DNA from: a bacterium
Lineage (GTDB): Bacteria; Patescibacteriota; UBA1384; CAILIB01
Direction of reading: 5' to 3'
Length of the DNA: 64,000 bases
Assembly (NCBI GenBank): GCA_037131105.1
Contig: JBAXRQ010000001.1
Coordinates: 637,465 to 701,464 of the forward strand
Numbering within the stretch: position 1 is the stretch's first letter; each line of letters opens with the position of its first letter. The notes beneath the pieces were generated by a model. That model ran no database searches and had not been told where the DNA came from. It was given only the letters and a program-made list of their open reading frames with translations. Below, piece by piece: positions 51,171 through 60,487 of this stretch. A program made the position numbers and the translations under genes.

Positions 51171-52067
51171 TCAATCCGCTACTCGAATGAGTGCGGCAAT
51201 AAACTCCTCATAACTGATCCCCGCCTGGGGCAGCTCCATGGGCAGCAGCGAGGTCTTGGTCATGCCTGGTAGGGTATTGATCTCAATGAAATACGGCGTC
51301 CCGTCCTCGGAAAGCATCCAGTCAGCCCGGGCATACTGCCTCAGTCCCATTTCCTTGTATATAGTAGCCGTCTCCTGCTGGACCCGGTCGGAGACTTCCT
51401 TTGATACCGGCGCTGGACAGATGTCCTCGCTCTCGCCAGGAGTATACTTAGCTTCGAAATTGAAGAACTCATGCTTGGGCCGGATCTCTACTAACGGTAA
51501 GGCCTGCAAAGTACCAAACACGTCTATGACGCCACAGGTAAGCTCCGTGCCTTTGATGAATTCCTCCACCAAGATATCGACGCCAAAGCTCCTGGCAAAC
51601 TTCACAGCCTCATCCAGGGCCGAGGCGTCCTTAACGATAGTAACGCCAAAGCTGGAGCCCTCTCGGTCCGGCTTTACCACCGCCGGAAAGCCGTGCTCCC
51701 AGGTAACAGGCTCATCTCCGCTATAGGCGACCGAAAACGGGACCTTGATCCCCAGCTTCTCCACCACCTTTTTGGTGGCCGTCTTGTCTATGGCAAACCT
51801 CGAGGAGGCAGAGTCCGATCCGGTGAACGCTATTCCCTTCTCAGCTAGCAGACCCTGGACGGTGCCATCCTCACCAAAAGGACCGTGCAAGGCGATGACT
51901 ACAATCCGGGGCTTCAGGGCCACCACCTGCTCCAGCCAGTCAGTATCAGCAGCATCGATCTCTCTGTATTCCTCACCCAGCTGGATAAGTACCGTGGCAA
52001 CTGACTGGGCCGTCCATAATGAGACTTGGCGCTCGGACGAGTTTCCCCCCTTGAGAATGATGACCAT
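51171..52067 (-). CDS. ddl: D-alanine--D-alanine ligase
   Basis: GGNSSERQVS, LHGPFGEDG, VVKP..EGSSFG, EAKY, EINTLPGMT. Confidence 0.96.
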   Translation of the reverse strand: MVIILKGGNSSERQVSLWTAQSVATVLIQLGEEYREIDAADTDWLEQVVALKPRIVVIALHGPFGEDGTVQGLLAEKGIAFTGSDSASSRFAIDKTATKKVVEKLGIKVPFSVAYSGDEPVTWEHGFPAVVKPDREGSSFGVTIVKDASALDEAVKFARSFGVDILVEEFIKGTELTCGVIDVFGTLQALPLVEIRPKHEFFNFEAKYTPGESEDICPAPVSKEVSDRVQQETATIYKEMGLRQYARADWMLSEDGTPYFIEINTLPGMTKTSLLPMELPQAGISYEEFIAALIRVAD

Positions 52068-52183
52068 GTGCTGAAGTTAGGACTGGTGGGTCGTATCGGA
52101 GTCCCCATGGTACCACGCCAAAGGCTTGAGGGACAGGCCGGCCCCTGCTACCATCAATGCAACGACGAAAAAGGAGAGCTGCC

Positions 52184-52447
52184 GTGAAGATCGCCCTACT
52201 GTTAGTGTCGTACCCCATCCTGCTGGCCGGACTGACGGTTGAGCTGCGCTTGGTAAGCGAACTTGGTCAATATTCAATTGTCGTCGCCGCCCTGCTTCTT
52301 GCCTTTGGCACCGTGATTGCCTATGGCAATGACCAGGACTGCAAAGCCCCCGCCGAAAAGAAGCCTCCTCTGGCTGTGCGATTTCAATCCCTATCTCCGA
52401 AACGGCTTCTCACGAGGCTGTCCCCGACCCGACTCGGCCACCCATAG
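52184..52447 (+). CDS. Small membrane protein
   Basis: SD AAGGAG + GTG, two hydrophobic segments, terminator after stop. Confidence 0.5.
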   Translation: MKIALLLVSYPILLAGLTVELRLVSELGQYSIVVAALLLAFGTVIAYGNDQDCKAPAEKKPPLAVRFQSLSPKRLLTRLSPTRLGHP

Positions 52448-52516
52448 CGGTGGCCGACCTGTTTTTGTGAGCATCGTATTGGAATATGTGTGTGAGAGGC
52501 GTATGGTCTACCTATC

Positions 52517-52807
52517 ATGATCACCGTCTATTCCTCCCCCCACTCTGACGAGCTCAACCTTCTAAAGGGCTTTCTTGAAGCGCATGGCATTGTCACCCTC
52601 AAAAAGGGTGGCGGAAGAGACGATCCGACTCCTTATCTGTGCCTAGTGAACGACGCGGACGCTGAGAAGGCCGCCGACCTGGTGGCCAGCTGGAAGGAAC
52701 GGGAAAAGAATTCGGCGCCATCGAATCCGCGCCGGTCGCCTCTTCGTATGTATCTTCCTTATTTCGTACTCATCATTGCTCTGGCCGCCATAGCCTATTT
52801 TCTTTAG
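52517..52807 (+). CDS. DUF2007-like signal-transduction domain + C-terminal TM
   Basis: VYS....E..LLKGFLEAHGI, V...DAEKA. Confidence 0.7.
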   Translation: MITVYSSPHSDELNLLKGFLEAHGIVTLKKGGGRDDPTPYLCLVNDADAEKAADLVASWKEREKNSAPSNPRRSPLRMYLPYFVLIIALAAIAYFL

Positions 52808-53379
52808 ACGGCTTGCTTCTTTATTTGTTTCTCAAAGGTAAGCAGGTCAAAGGACAACTCATCGATGCCATTCATCTCATAGACCTGGAAGGCTGAACAG
52901 ATCTTCTTATCGTTGGGATCCAAGCCGAGTAGTCCGATCGCCTCATCGACCTGTTCCCAGGTTGTGGCCTCAATCTCCAGGTACGGCTTAAGCAGCGGCC
53001 AGTGGTCGATGTCAAACTCAATCTCTCCCAGCGTGTAGCAGGTGCGCCGGTTCTCTTCATAGAACTTCTGCTTCATGCCGATCTTCTCAAGAAAGGTCCA
53101 AGCGGCATCGAAGTCACTGACTGTCATTTCTACCTCGTCCATGCCGGCGTCGTTGCCGTTCTTATCAGGCTCCAGACGCTGTTTGAACCCCATGGTCACC
53201 TTGTCGCCCTCGTCGCGCACCCGGATCCAGGCGCTAGCCTCGTTGAGACGCAGGTCTGGGTAGTCGTAGACCTTGCGACGATAGAGGCGCTCGAACTGCT
53301 TCACAGCGCCGATAGCCACCAGCTTGGCCTCCATGGCAGACTCATCAATGTCGAGGAATTTTACTTCAATTTCTTGCAT
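52804..53379 (-). CDS. CYTH domain protein (class IV adenylate cyclase-like)
   Basis: EIEVKF, WIRVRDEG, ENRRT.Y, YLEIE. Confidence 0.88.
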   Translation of the reverse strand: MQEIEVKFLDIDESAMEAKLVAIGAVKQFERLYRRKVYDYPDLRLNEASAWIRVRDEGDKVTMGFKQRLEPDKNGNDAGMDEVEMTVSDFDAAWTFLEKIGMKQKFYEENRRTCYTLGEIEFDIDHWPLLKPYLEIEATTWEQVDEAIGLLGLDPNDKKICSAFQVYEMNGIDELSFDLLTFEKQIKKQAV

Positions 53380-53420
53380 CTCGTTAAAATTAACCTGCTA
53401 TTTCCAGGATTTGAAAAGAG

Positions 53421-53849
53421 TTATTGTTTTCTAGTACCACGGCAGGAAGGATAGCCAACACAACCCCAAAATGCTCCTCGTTTACCCGTCCTTCTAACCA
53501 TTGGCCGTCTACAGGTAGGGCATAAAGGCGTAACGCCAGTACTCTTTTTGTCTTTTTTATCCCCAAACATCGAGGCAATACCTATCCATCCCAGATATCC
53601 GCCGCCCAGTATTGCCCACCAGTAATCTTCCCAAAAAGTGTGCTCTTTTTTAGCAACAGTCACACCTGAGCTTTCAGACCCACAATAATTGCTATGCCCG
53701 GTATCTCCACAGACGTAGCTACCTGAATCCGAGGGACATGAATGCCAACGATGGCACCCTGATCGGTGAGCTTCAACTGATAGTACTCCTACAGAAAATA
53801 TATAAACGAGTGGCAAAAAGACAATCAGGTACCAATATATTCTTTTCAT
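53421..53849 (-). CDS. YHYH-like extracellular domain + TM + topoisomerase-type C4 zinc finger
   Basis: AHRSGCHRWHSC, TM, CPTC..PMVRRTGKRGAFWGCVGYPSC. Confidence 0.75.
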   Translation of the reverse strand: MKRIYWYLIVFLPLVYIFSVGVLSVEAHRSGCHRWHSCPSDSGSYVCGDTGHSNYCGSESSGVTVAKKEHTFWEDYWWAILGGGYLGWIGIASMFGDKKDKKSTGVTPLCPTCRRPMVRRTGKRGAFWGCVGYPSCRGTRKQ

Positions 53850-53917
53850 CAGTAAACTGTAACAACTAAGCACCCCCCCTTACAACCAACCATAGAGCAA
53901 CAATCTAGACCTAGGGC

Positions 53918-55387
53918 CTAGCGGGCAACGAATACAATGGCGTTCGGCAGCGCCCGGCCCGGGCCCACTTTATAGGCTCCCTGGTAATACAGCGCGCTGG
54001 AGCCGCCCCCGTCGAGGTTCATGGCGCTGTCCACGCCTAGGGCGTCCATGATAGCGGCCAGATCCGGGACAGTGGCAGAAGAAGCGACCACCGCGTAGAC
54101 TGTCTGCCCCTTCAGGCCAAGGGCTCCGCGGTTGGACTTGGTGCTGCGCTGTTTGTCATCCATCTCGCTGTCCTGCAGAGTGATGCTGCCGCCTTCCACC
54201 AGACGCGGGCCAGAGTTTACGCCGGCATAGGCCGCGAAACCCGATGACTTGTACGAGGTCCAACTGGAGAAATAACGGGCGGTGCCGCTCGAGTCAAAGC
54301 CGATGAACGGTTCAGGCTCAAAGGACCCGTTGTTCTGGTTGATCATGACCCCCACCCGGGTATTCTTCACCTTATAGAGGAACGAATTGGTCTTGCCCGA
54401 GCAGTCGGCGTAATCCGGCGGACAGAAATAGGTGCCATTTATTCCTCCGAAGCCACCGTTTGCCTGGACGTAGGACTGCAGAGACTTGGCGGCGCAGCCG
54501 TTGCTGCAGTCACTGTCATTGCCGGTGTCGGTAGCCACCTTGGCCTTGCCGCTGCCGAGATCTACGGTAAGCAAGCTGATGCTGAAGCTCCCCCGGCTGG
54601 TGGCCACGGTCTTTCTCTCATAAGAGCTGAACCCGTTGGACTGGGTGACGGCAGGAGTAGGAGTGGCAGTGGGCCGAGGCGTAGCCGGCGGGGTCTTGGT
54701 AATGGCGATATCCTTGCTGAGCTGCTGGGTGGCGGCCAAGGCAACCGTCTGTTTGACGCTCACATAGCCGGACTTGGAAACGGTCAGAGCATAGGTTCCG
54801 GCCGGTATCCTTGCCGTATAGGTTCCGTCCACCGCGGTGGTAGCGGTAGTGGCAACAGAGTCTAGCACCAGTGAAAGGGTCACGCCCTCTACCGGCTTGG
54901 CCGATTCAGTCACCTTGCCGGAAAGCACTGCCTTCTGGGCTTCCAAAGCGCCTGCAGCCGCGGCGTCTTGCTCGGCTTTGGCGGTTACTGCGGCGTCATC
55001 GGCTTTCTTGGCAGTAAGCGCAGTTTCCAGAGTTGCCAGTATATGTGCCGAGGCCGCGTCCTGCCCCTTGTAGTCACCTTTCTTGAGAAGTGCCTTGACC
55101 ACCGGTTCTTGGGCAGTGGCCTCAGACACCTCTATCCCCTGGGCGGCATAGGCGTCGATCGAAGCGACAAAGGCGCGGTACTTTTTAGAGGCGTCCGCGT
55201 AGGCGCTAAAGGCGACTTGGTCCGAGGCGACCTTCTTCTGGGCAGCATCATTCTGGTGGCGAGCGTAGATGACAAGTGAGACTGAGCCGGCACAGAGAAG
55301 GAGCAGAAGGAAGTAGACGGCGAAACGAAGCCGCTGGCGGACCAGAAAGGCTAACAACGGCGAGTGCGATGGGTGAGAGGTGGCCAT
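53918..55387 (-). CDS. Phosphodiester glycosidase (NAGPA) family surface protein with carboxypeptidase-regulatory-like domain
   Basis: GINGTYF, GPRLV, RGALG, AMNLDGGGSS; TM anchor and Thr/Pro linker. Confidence 0.88.
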   Translation of the reverse strand: MATSHPSHSPLLAFLVRQRLRFAVYFLLLLLCAGSVSLVIYARHQNDAAQKKVASDQVAFSAYADASKKYRAFVASIDAYAAQGIEVSEATAQEPVVKALLKKGDYKGQDAASAHILATLETALTAKKADDAAVTAKAEQDAAAAGALEAQKAVLSGKVTESAKPVEGVTLSLVLDSVATTATTAVDGTYTARIPAGTYALTVSKSGYVSVKQTVALAATQQLSKDIAITKTPPATPRPTATPTPAVTQSNGFSSYERKTVATSRGSFSISLLTVDLGSGKAKVATDTGNDSDCSNGCAAKSLQSYVQANGGFGGINGTYFCPPDYADCSGKTNSFLYKVKNTRVGVMINQNNGSFEPEPFIGFDSSGTARYFSSWTSYKSSGFAAYAGVNSGPRLVEGGSITLQDSEMDDKQRSTKSNRGALGLKGQTVYAVVASSATVPDLAAIMDALGVDSAMNLDGGGSSALYYQGAYKVGPGRALPNAIVFVAR

Positions 55388-55479
55388 GGATCTACAGTAT
55401 ACGGGATCCAGGGATATACGCCTAAAGCAGTGTGACGAATGTGGTATTGTGGCGTTAATAGGCAATCCTAAGACCATAC

Positions 55480-55983
55480 ATGAACTACACCTACTGCCCC
55501 CAGTGCAAACACCCCCTGGAAACCCGCAAGAATTCATTCTACTGCCCCAGCTGTGACCTGGAGATATATCAGAACTCCAAGCCGTGCGTGTCGGTGCTTA
55601 TCGTCAAGGACGGGAAGGTACTATTGGCCAAACGCGGGATTGAGCCATATAAGGGGAGCTACGATACGGTAGGCGGGTTCCTCAAGTATGGCGAACCAGC
55701 CGAAGTCGGCGCCTTACGCGAGACCAAGGAAGAGACCGGACTTGACGTGCGTCTCATTGAAATACTGGGGACCTACATCAACCAATACGGCGAGAACGGC
55801 GTCTACACACTCGATGTGGACTTTATCGCCGAAATAACCGGCGGTGAGATGCAGGCGCAGGACGATGTGGCAGAACTAGAATGGGTGGACATCCACGACA
55901 TTCCGTTTGAGGAGATCAGGTTTGCCTCAGCGAAGAAGGGGTTAGAGGATTTGCAGAAATGGTACGAGGCAAAAAATAGCTAA
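55480..55983 (+). CDS. Zn-ribbon NUDIX hydrolase
   Basis: YCPQC...CPSC, GGFLKYGE....ALRETKEETGL. Confidence 0.9.
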   Translation: MNYTYCPQCKHPLETRKNSFYCPSCDLEIYQNSKPCVSVLIVKDGKVLLAKRGIEPYKGSYDTVGGFLKYGEPAEVGALRETKEETGLDVRLIEILGTYINQYGENGVYTLDVDFIAEITGGEMQAQDDVAELEWVDIHDIPFEEIRFASAKKGLEDLQKWYEAKNS

Positions 55984-56001
55984 TAGTGGGAATAGATTAA
56001 T

Positions 56002-56143
56002 CGGTTAATCCTCGCTGCAGCGCCGACAGCGCTGATGGCTTCCGCTCGGACACTAGGACCGCCTCCCGGCGGGCCGTCGCCTGCGGTTCAAACCCTCTTA
56101 CCGTTACAGAGAAAAAGAACCAACATAGTTGGTTCTTTTTCTC
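56002..56143. repeat. tRNA 3'-flank element, copy 2
   Basis: Highly similar to 49382-49522 with identical terminator. Confidence 0.85.
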
Positions 56144-56220
56144 TGGTCGGGGAGAGAGGATTTGAACCTCCGGTCTCGGGAACCCGAATCCCGCGCATTA
56201 GGCCGCTATGCTACTCCCCG
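56144..56220 (-). tRNA. tRNA-Pro(CGG)
   Basis: CGGGGAGTAGCATAGCGGCCTAATGCGCGGGATTCGGGTTCCCGAGACCGGAGGTTCAAATCCTCTCTCCCCGACCA. Confidence 0.95.
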
Positions 56221-56446
56221 GAGAGAACGTCGGGGAAAGCTTGCTTTCACCGATGTGAGCGAGGGGAGGTGCCCACCGAAGGTGGGTGCTACTCCCCGAG
56301 GAGAAATGATGGCGGCCATGCTTGCATGGACATCAGCATTTCGACGAGGGGATGCTCGTCCGTAGGACGAGTCCCCCGAAGCGAGTTGTATTCGGGAAGG
56401 TGGGTGCTACTCCCCGACATTGTATTTTGAAGGATAAGTCCCCCGA
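56221..56446 (-). repeat. Array of hairpin units starting with the tRNA 5' end, copy 2
   Basis: CGGGGAGTAGCAC at 56298 and 56416, CGGGGGA at 56378 and 56445. Confidence 0.8.
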
Positions 56447-56466
56447 GGCGATATTAGAAAGAAGGA

Positions 56467-56583
56467 CTATTTACTCGAGGTACTCGTCTGCCCCGTGGCG
56501 CTACTCATAGACAACAGCAGCGAAGCACCCATTAACCAAATGGAAACTATTACCACCAAAATAATAACCAGCGCCTTTTTCAT
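56467..56583 (-). CDS. 38-aa single-TM peptide
   Basis: MKKALVIILVVIVSIWLMGASLLLSMSSATGQTSTSSK; below ORF-track cutoff. Confidence 0.55.
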   Translation of the reverse strand: MKKALVIILVVIVSIWLMGASLLLSMSSATGQTSTSSK

Positions 56584-56607
56584 AATCCCGGCGACATAAA
56601 ATAAAAA

Positions 56608-56743
56608 GAAGGTGGCTTATCGCTAGAGCGTAGGCGGCCCTAATGGCCAAGTGGGTACTCTCACGCCCGCTCCACGGAGCCGGCAAATATCGAGTTCCCG
56701 TAATACATGAATTGATGACCACCTACGACAGGATAAGCCGCTT
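56608..56743 (-). ncRNA. ssrS: 6S RNA-like
   Basis: Rod with central bubble: GGCTTATC/GATAAGCC, CGTAGGTGGTC/GGCCGCCTACG, bubble, GGGAACTC/GAGTACCC, apical GCTCC/GGAGC; U-rich tail. Confidence 0.6.
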
Positions 56744-56826
56744 ATAGAGTACCCTATTTACCCCTCTGTGGCAATCGATCAATACACTGTGTTTACCCCT
56801 TCCCTGGCACTTGCTATACTTATGGA

Positions 56827-59151
56827 ATGAATCACGGTTTCGCTATACAACATTGTCGTATCGTTGCGCCCGAGAGGCTTTCTGACCGCTTTTTAGCCTC
56901 CGGAGTCTTTTTTCAACAGGAGAGCGACAGCGGTCTTGACGACCAGGTCATGCTGGCTTATGTCCTGGAGATCAGTAAACCATGGTTTCCCTCTTCGAAA
57001 GTCCTCCCCTCCTTACTTGAGACCCTGCACACCCAGCACATAGCCCTCAGCTCCAAGCGCGACCTCGGCGACCAATTCGAACTCCTGCTGCGCTCTATCA
57101 ACCAGCAGCTCAACGCCATTTCCGAGCAGGGTGAGACCGACTGGATAGGAAACCTGAACGGCCTAATCATGGTGGCCAGTGGCGATGAGATTCACTTCTC
57201 CCAGACCGGACAAAGCCCCGCCTATCTTCTGCAAAAAAACCGTATTCGCCAGATCACTGACGACACCGGCCACGAGCGCGAGCCCCATCCTCTTAAGACC
57301 TTTGCCAACCTTGCCTCCGGCAACCTGAAAGCCGACGATTATATCCTCGTCTCAAACCGCGAGCTCTATAACGAAGTCTCCCTCGATGCCTTGCGCCGGG
57401 TAATGAACAACAACACTCCTACCGCCGCCTGCCAGTCTATTGTCAAAGAACTCAAGCGCGACAAGAACCTGGCTGTCTCTACCATCATCCTCAAGGTTGC
57501 CTCAAAAGCGGAGGCCAGCCACAAGCACGCCGCCGAGATACATGAGATTATTCTTGAGGATGAGATGCAGAGTAGCTTTAGAAAGGCCCAAAAACGGATA
57601 ATGCCCTGGGTCCAGGTGGGCAAGCGACATTCAGCCACCATTGGCAGGGCCGGACTGAAGGCAGCCAAGACTACCGGCACCGTCATGAAGGAGAAAGTTG
57701 CTCCCAAAGCCGCCGACCTGCTCAACAAAGGCGCGGATCATGCCGTCCAGCTTAAGGGACAGATCGCCGAACGGCGTCAGCATCGTCGTGAGGCTCCTGA
57801 AGAAGAACTTCCCGTAGTCGAGATCATCCTGCCAAAGGCCCAGCGCGAAGCAGCTGCAGAGGCTTCTGTTGCTCGCTTTGAAGCTCCCCGGCTTATCCCT
57901 GATGAAGAGCTGGCTCTGAGCTCATCACATAAGCTCAAGCGGGCACCAGGGGTACCCCTTCCCACCCGCATCCTCAGCTTCTCACGCAATTGGCTGCGCT
58001 CACCCCAGCACAAGCGGCTGGCCGCCTTAACCGTCGCAGTCCTGCTGGTTGCCTTCACCGTGCTTACCGCCATTTCCCGCAGGCAGCCCAGCGCCTCAAC
58101 TACCCCCGACAACCAAATTTCCAAGCAATTAGCCCAGGCCGCTGATCTCCAGAAAAAAGCTGCCAATGCCCAGAAGCTCAACCAACTAGTCGAAGCAAGC
58201 AAAGAGATAAAGCAGGGCGAGGACATTATCAATGGTCTGACCGGACTGACCGCCGATCAGAAGAAAGAAGCTGACGCTACCTGGAAGCTACTAAGCGACG
58301 TAGGAGACTCTCTCAGCACCACTACCCGTCTAGCAGGTACAGCGACCACCTACAAGTTCACTACTGCCAGCCAAAACCTGGTGGCAAGCCTTCCCTTCTT
58401 CTACGGCTCTTCTTCTACGGTAAACGGTCTGCTGCAGACCGGGCAGGGCGATGCCAAGACCATACAACAAACTATTTCCCTGCCCGAAAGTGACGACAGC
58501 ATCGTGAGCATTGCCTCCAGTAGCGAAAGCGATACCGCCGGCTACGCCCTAACCAAGAAGGACAAGGTTTACCGTATCGCCCAGAGCGGAAGCACCACCT
58601 CACTCCACGTCATTGCACCCACCTCTGGAAGCTTCGCCCCTGGGGACGACATCGCTAGCTATAACGGCAATGTCTATATTCTCGACGGTACTACCGGCCT
58701 GCTCTGGAAATACACCAACGGAGGCACTACCTACAGCAAGGGGGTCAGCATCATCGATACTACCAAATATGACATTAAGAAAAGCGTGTCGGTGGCTATC
58801 GACGGTTCGATATATATCCTGAAGCAGGACGGCAGCCTGATGAAGTTCACCAGCGGCGCAGAGGACACCTCATTCAAGATCAAGAGTCTACCTACCCTTT
58901 CGGCAACGCTCACCCAGCCGGTCCAGGTGATCACCAGCGTCGACATGGATGAGATCTACGTTTTGGACGCAGGCGTCAGCAGTGGGAATCATTCTACAGT
59001 ACGGATACTAGTCTTCGACAAGACCGGTCTCTTCCTACGCCAATATGCCTTCCCAGACAGTATGCTACAGGTCCAGGCCTTTGCCGTGGACGCCAGCGCC
59101 AAGAAGATCTGGCTTCTCAGTGGATCAACAATAAGTGAATTCCCCTTTTAG
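56827..59151 (+). CDS. Large membrane protein: PP2C-like N-terminal fold, TM, extracellular beta-propeller
   Basis: FSQTG...AYL, ASGNL...D.IL; TM near residue 400; YNGNVYILD, VAIDGSIYIL repeats. Confidence 0.8.
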   Translation: MNHGFAIQHCRIVAPERLSDRFLASGVFFQQESDSGLDDQVMLAYVLEISKPWFPSSKVLPSLLETLHTQHIALSSKRDLGDQFELLLRSINQQLNAISEQGETDWIGNLNGLIMVASGDEIHFSQTGQSPAYLLQKNRIRQITDDTGHEREPHPLKTFANLASGNLKADDYILVSNRELYNEVSLDALRRVMNNNTPTAACQSIVKELKRDKNLAVSTIILKVASKAEASHKHAAEIHEIILEDEMQSSFRKAQKRIMPWVQVGKRHSATIGRAGLKAAKTTGTVMKEKVAPKAADLLNKGADHAVQLKGQIAERRQHRREAPEEELPVVEIILPKAQREAAAEASVARFEAPRLIPDEELALSSSHKLKRAPGVPLPTRILSFSRNWLRSPQHKRLAALTVAVLLVAFTVLTAISRRQPSASTTPDNQISKQLAQAADLQKKAANAQKLNQLVEASKEIKQGEDIINGLTGLTADQKKEADATWKLLSDVGDSLSTTTRLAGTATTYKFTTASQNLVASLPFFYGSSSTVNGLLQTGQGDAKTIQQTISLPESDDSIVSIASSSESDTAGYALTKKDKVYRIAQSGSTTSLHVIAPTSGSFAPGDDIASYNGNVYILDGTTGLLWKYTNGGTTYSKGVSIIDTTKYDIKKSVSVAIDGSIYILKQDGSLMKFTSGAEDTSFKIKSLPTLSATLTQPVQVITSVDMDEIYVLDAGVSSGNHSTVRILVFDKTGLFLRQYAFPDSMLQVQAFAVDASAKKIWLLSGSTISEFPF

Positions 59152-59272
59152 GAAGTCTTAGTCCGGCGCCTTTCGGCGTTAAAAGCTCCGTCTTTCGATC
59201 AACGTACCCACAAGTACGTCTCACTCAAGTACTCGCTTTTCTCTTGAAATGCGCTCGACCGAAGCCTTCCTA
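59149..59272. mobile_element. MITE / palindromic element of 124 bp
   Basis: Terminal inverted repeats TAGGAAG.CTT.GTC / GAC.GAAG.CTTCCTA, internal ACGTAC/GTACGT hairpin. Confidence 0.55.
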
Positions 59273-59284
59273 TGGTGCGGAAGT

Positions 59285-60487
59285 TTAAACGAGGCGGATA
59301 AAGCGCCGCTTGCCGACCTGAAGTACTAGGCCGGTTGTTAGTTCTATCTCTTCATTAGTATCAGTAATGGTACGATCGTTCACCCGTACGCCTCCCCCAT
59401 CAATAAGACGGCGGGCCTCTGAACGGCTCGGAGCAAGCCCAGTAGTAACCAATAGGTCGACGATGGCCGTAGCACCTTGTAACTGTTCGATAGAAAAATC
59501 AGGGATTTCCTCAGGCTTGTTGCCCTCACTAAATTGGCTAATGAATGCCTCGCGCTGGTGGGCAGCCTCATCATCGCCATGGTAGAGAGCTACGACAGTC
59601 TGGGCGAGCTCAAGCTTGAGGTCACGCGGGTTCTCACCTGAAGCAACGCGCTTTTCAATCTCCTCCTTGGAAAATGGCCGGGCTGAGAGTGGAATGATCT
59701 GAAGGTATTCGCCCATCAGCTCATCAGCCACCCGCATCAGCTTACCGAACTTGTCCTGTGGTGTATCAAGGAGAGAGATTATATTACCCCAGCTTGAGCT
59801 CATCTTGCGTCCATCAGTACCAGCAATAAGAGGATTGGTGATGACCGCCTGGGCTGGCTGTCCTGCCTGCTCCTGGAGCGTACGCCCAGCCAACAAGTTA
59901 AAGCGCTGATCGGTGCCACCAAGCTCGACGTCTGCCTTGACCATGACCGAGTCATAGCCTTGCATGAGAGGGTAGAGCATTTCACGAAGACTGACCCGAG
60001 AGCCACCCTCAAGACGACGGGCGATAAGCTCGCGCTTAATAAAGGTGTTGACTGAAAAGGCGTCAGCCAGGTGACCCAGAGTACCCAGCGAGAGCGTGCC
60101 AAGCCATTCACTGTTGTAATGGATGTGTACTTGGTCCTTGCGAGCCGGATTCAGGATCATCCAGAGCTGCTCAAGGTACTTCTCAAGGTTCTTTTGTATG
60201 GTGGCTTCTTCCAGCATGGGGCGCTCGGCATCCTTGTCTGACGTATCGCCGATCTGGCCGGTAAAGTCACCGATGATAAGGTGGATCTCATGGCCGAGCT
60301 CCTGGAAGGCACGCAGACGCCAGACCGGAATGGAGCGGCCGAGATGGATATTGGGACTAGTAGGGTCGATACCAAGCTTAACTCGAAGAGGTCGGCCCGA
60401 CTTCAGGCCCGCCATCAAGCTCTCTGCGCCGATAATTTCATCGACACCGGCCTCTAGAATATCTTCCTGGGTAAAGGTGAGTTCCAT
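59285..60487 (-). CDS. tyrS: Tyrosine--tRNA ligase
   Basis: KLGIDPT..IHLG, YPLMQGYDS, ELGGTDQRFN, KMSSS, C-terminal S4 domain. Confidence 0.97.
   Translation of the reverse strand: MELTFTQEDILEAGVDEIIGAESLMAGLKSGRPLRVKLGIDPTSPNIHLGRSIPVWRLRAFQELGHEIHLIIGDFTGQIGDTSDKDAERPMLEEATIQKNLEKYLEQLWMILNPARKDQVHIHYNSEWLGTLSLGTLGHLADAFSVNTFIKRELIARRLEGGSRVSLREMLYPLMQGYDSVMVKADVELGGTDQRFNLLAGRTLQEQAGQPAQAVITNPLIAGTDGRKMSSSWGNIISLLDTPQDKFGKLMRVADELMGEYLQIIPLSARPFSKEEIEKRVASGENPRDLKLELAQTVVALYHGDDEAAHQREAFISQFSEGNKPEEIPDFSIEQLQGATAIVDLLVTTGLAPSRSEARRLIDGGGVRVNDRTITDTNEEIELTTGLVLQVGKRRFIRLV

Noticed and set aside
52077-52460. Possible tmRNA or tRNA-like sequence
   Set aside because: Better explained by an SD-led small membrane ORF with its own promoter and terminator.
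49523-56220. Prophage or integrative island bounded by the two tRNA-Pro loci
   Set aside because: No integrase or phage genes; both tRNAs are intact with different anticodons; the interval contains housekeeping ddl.
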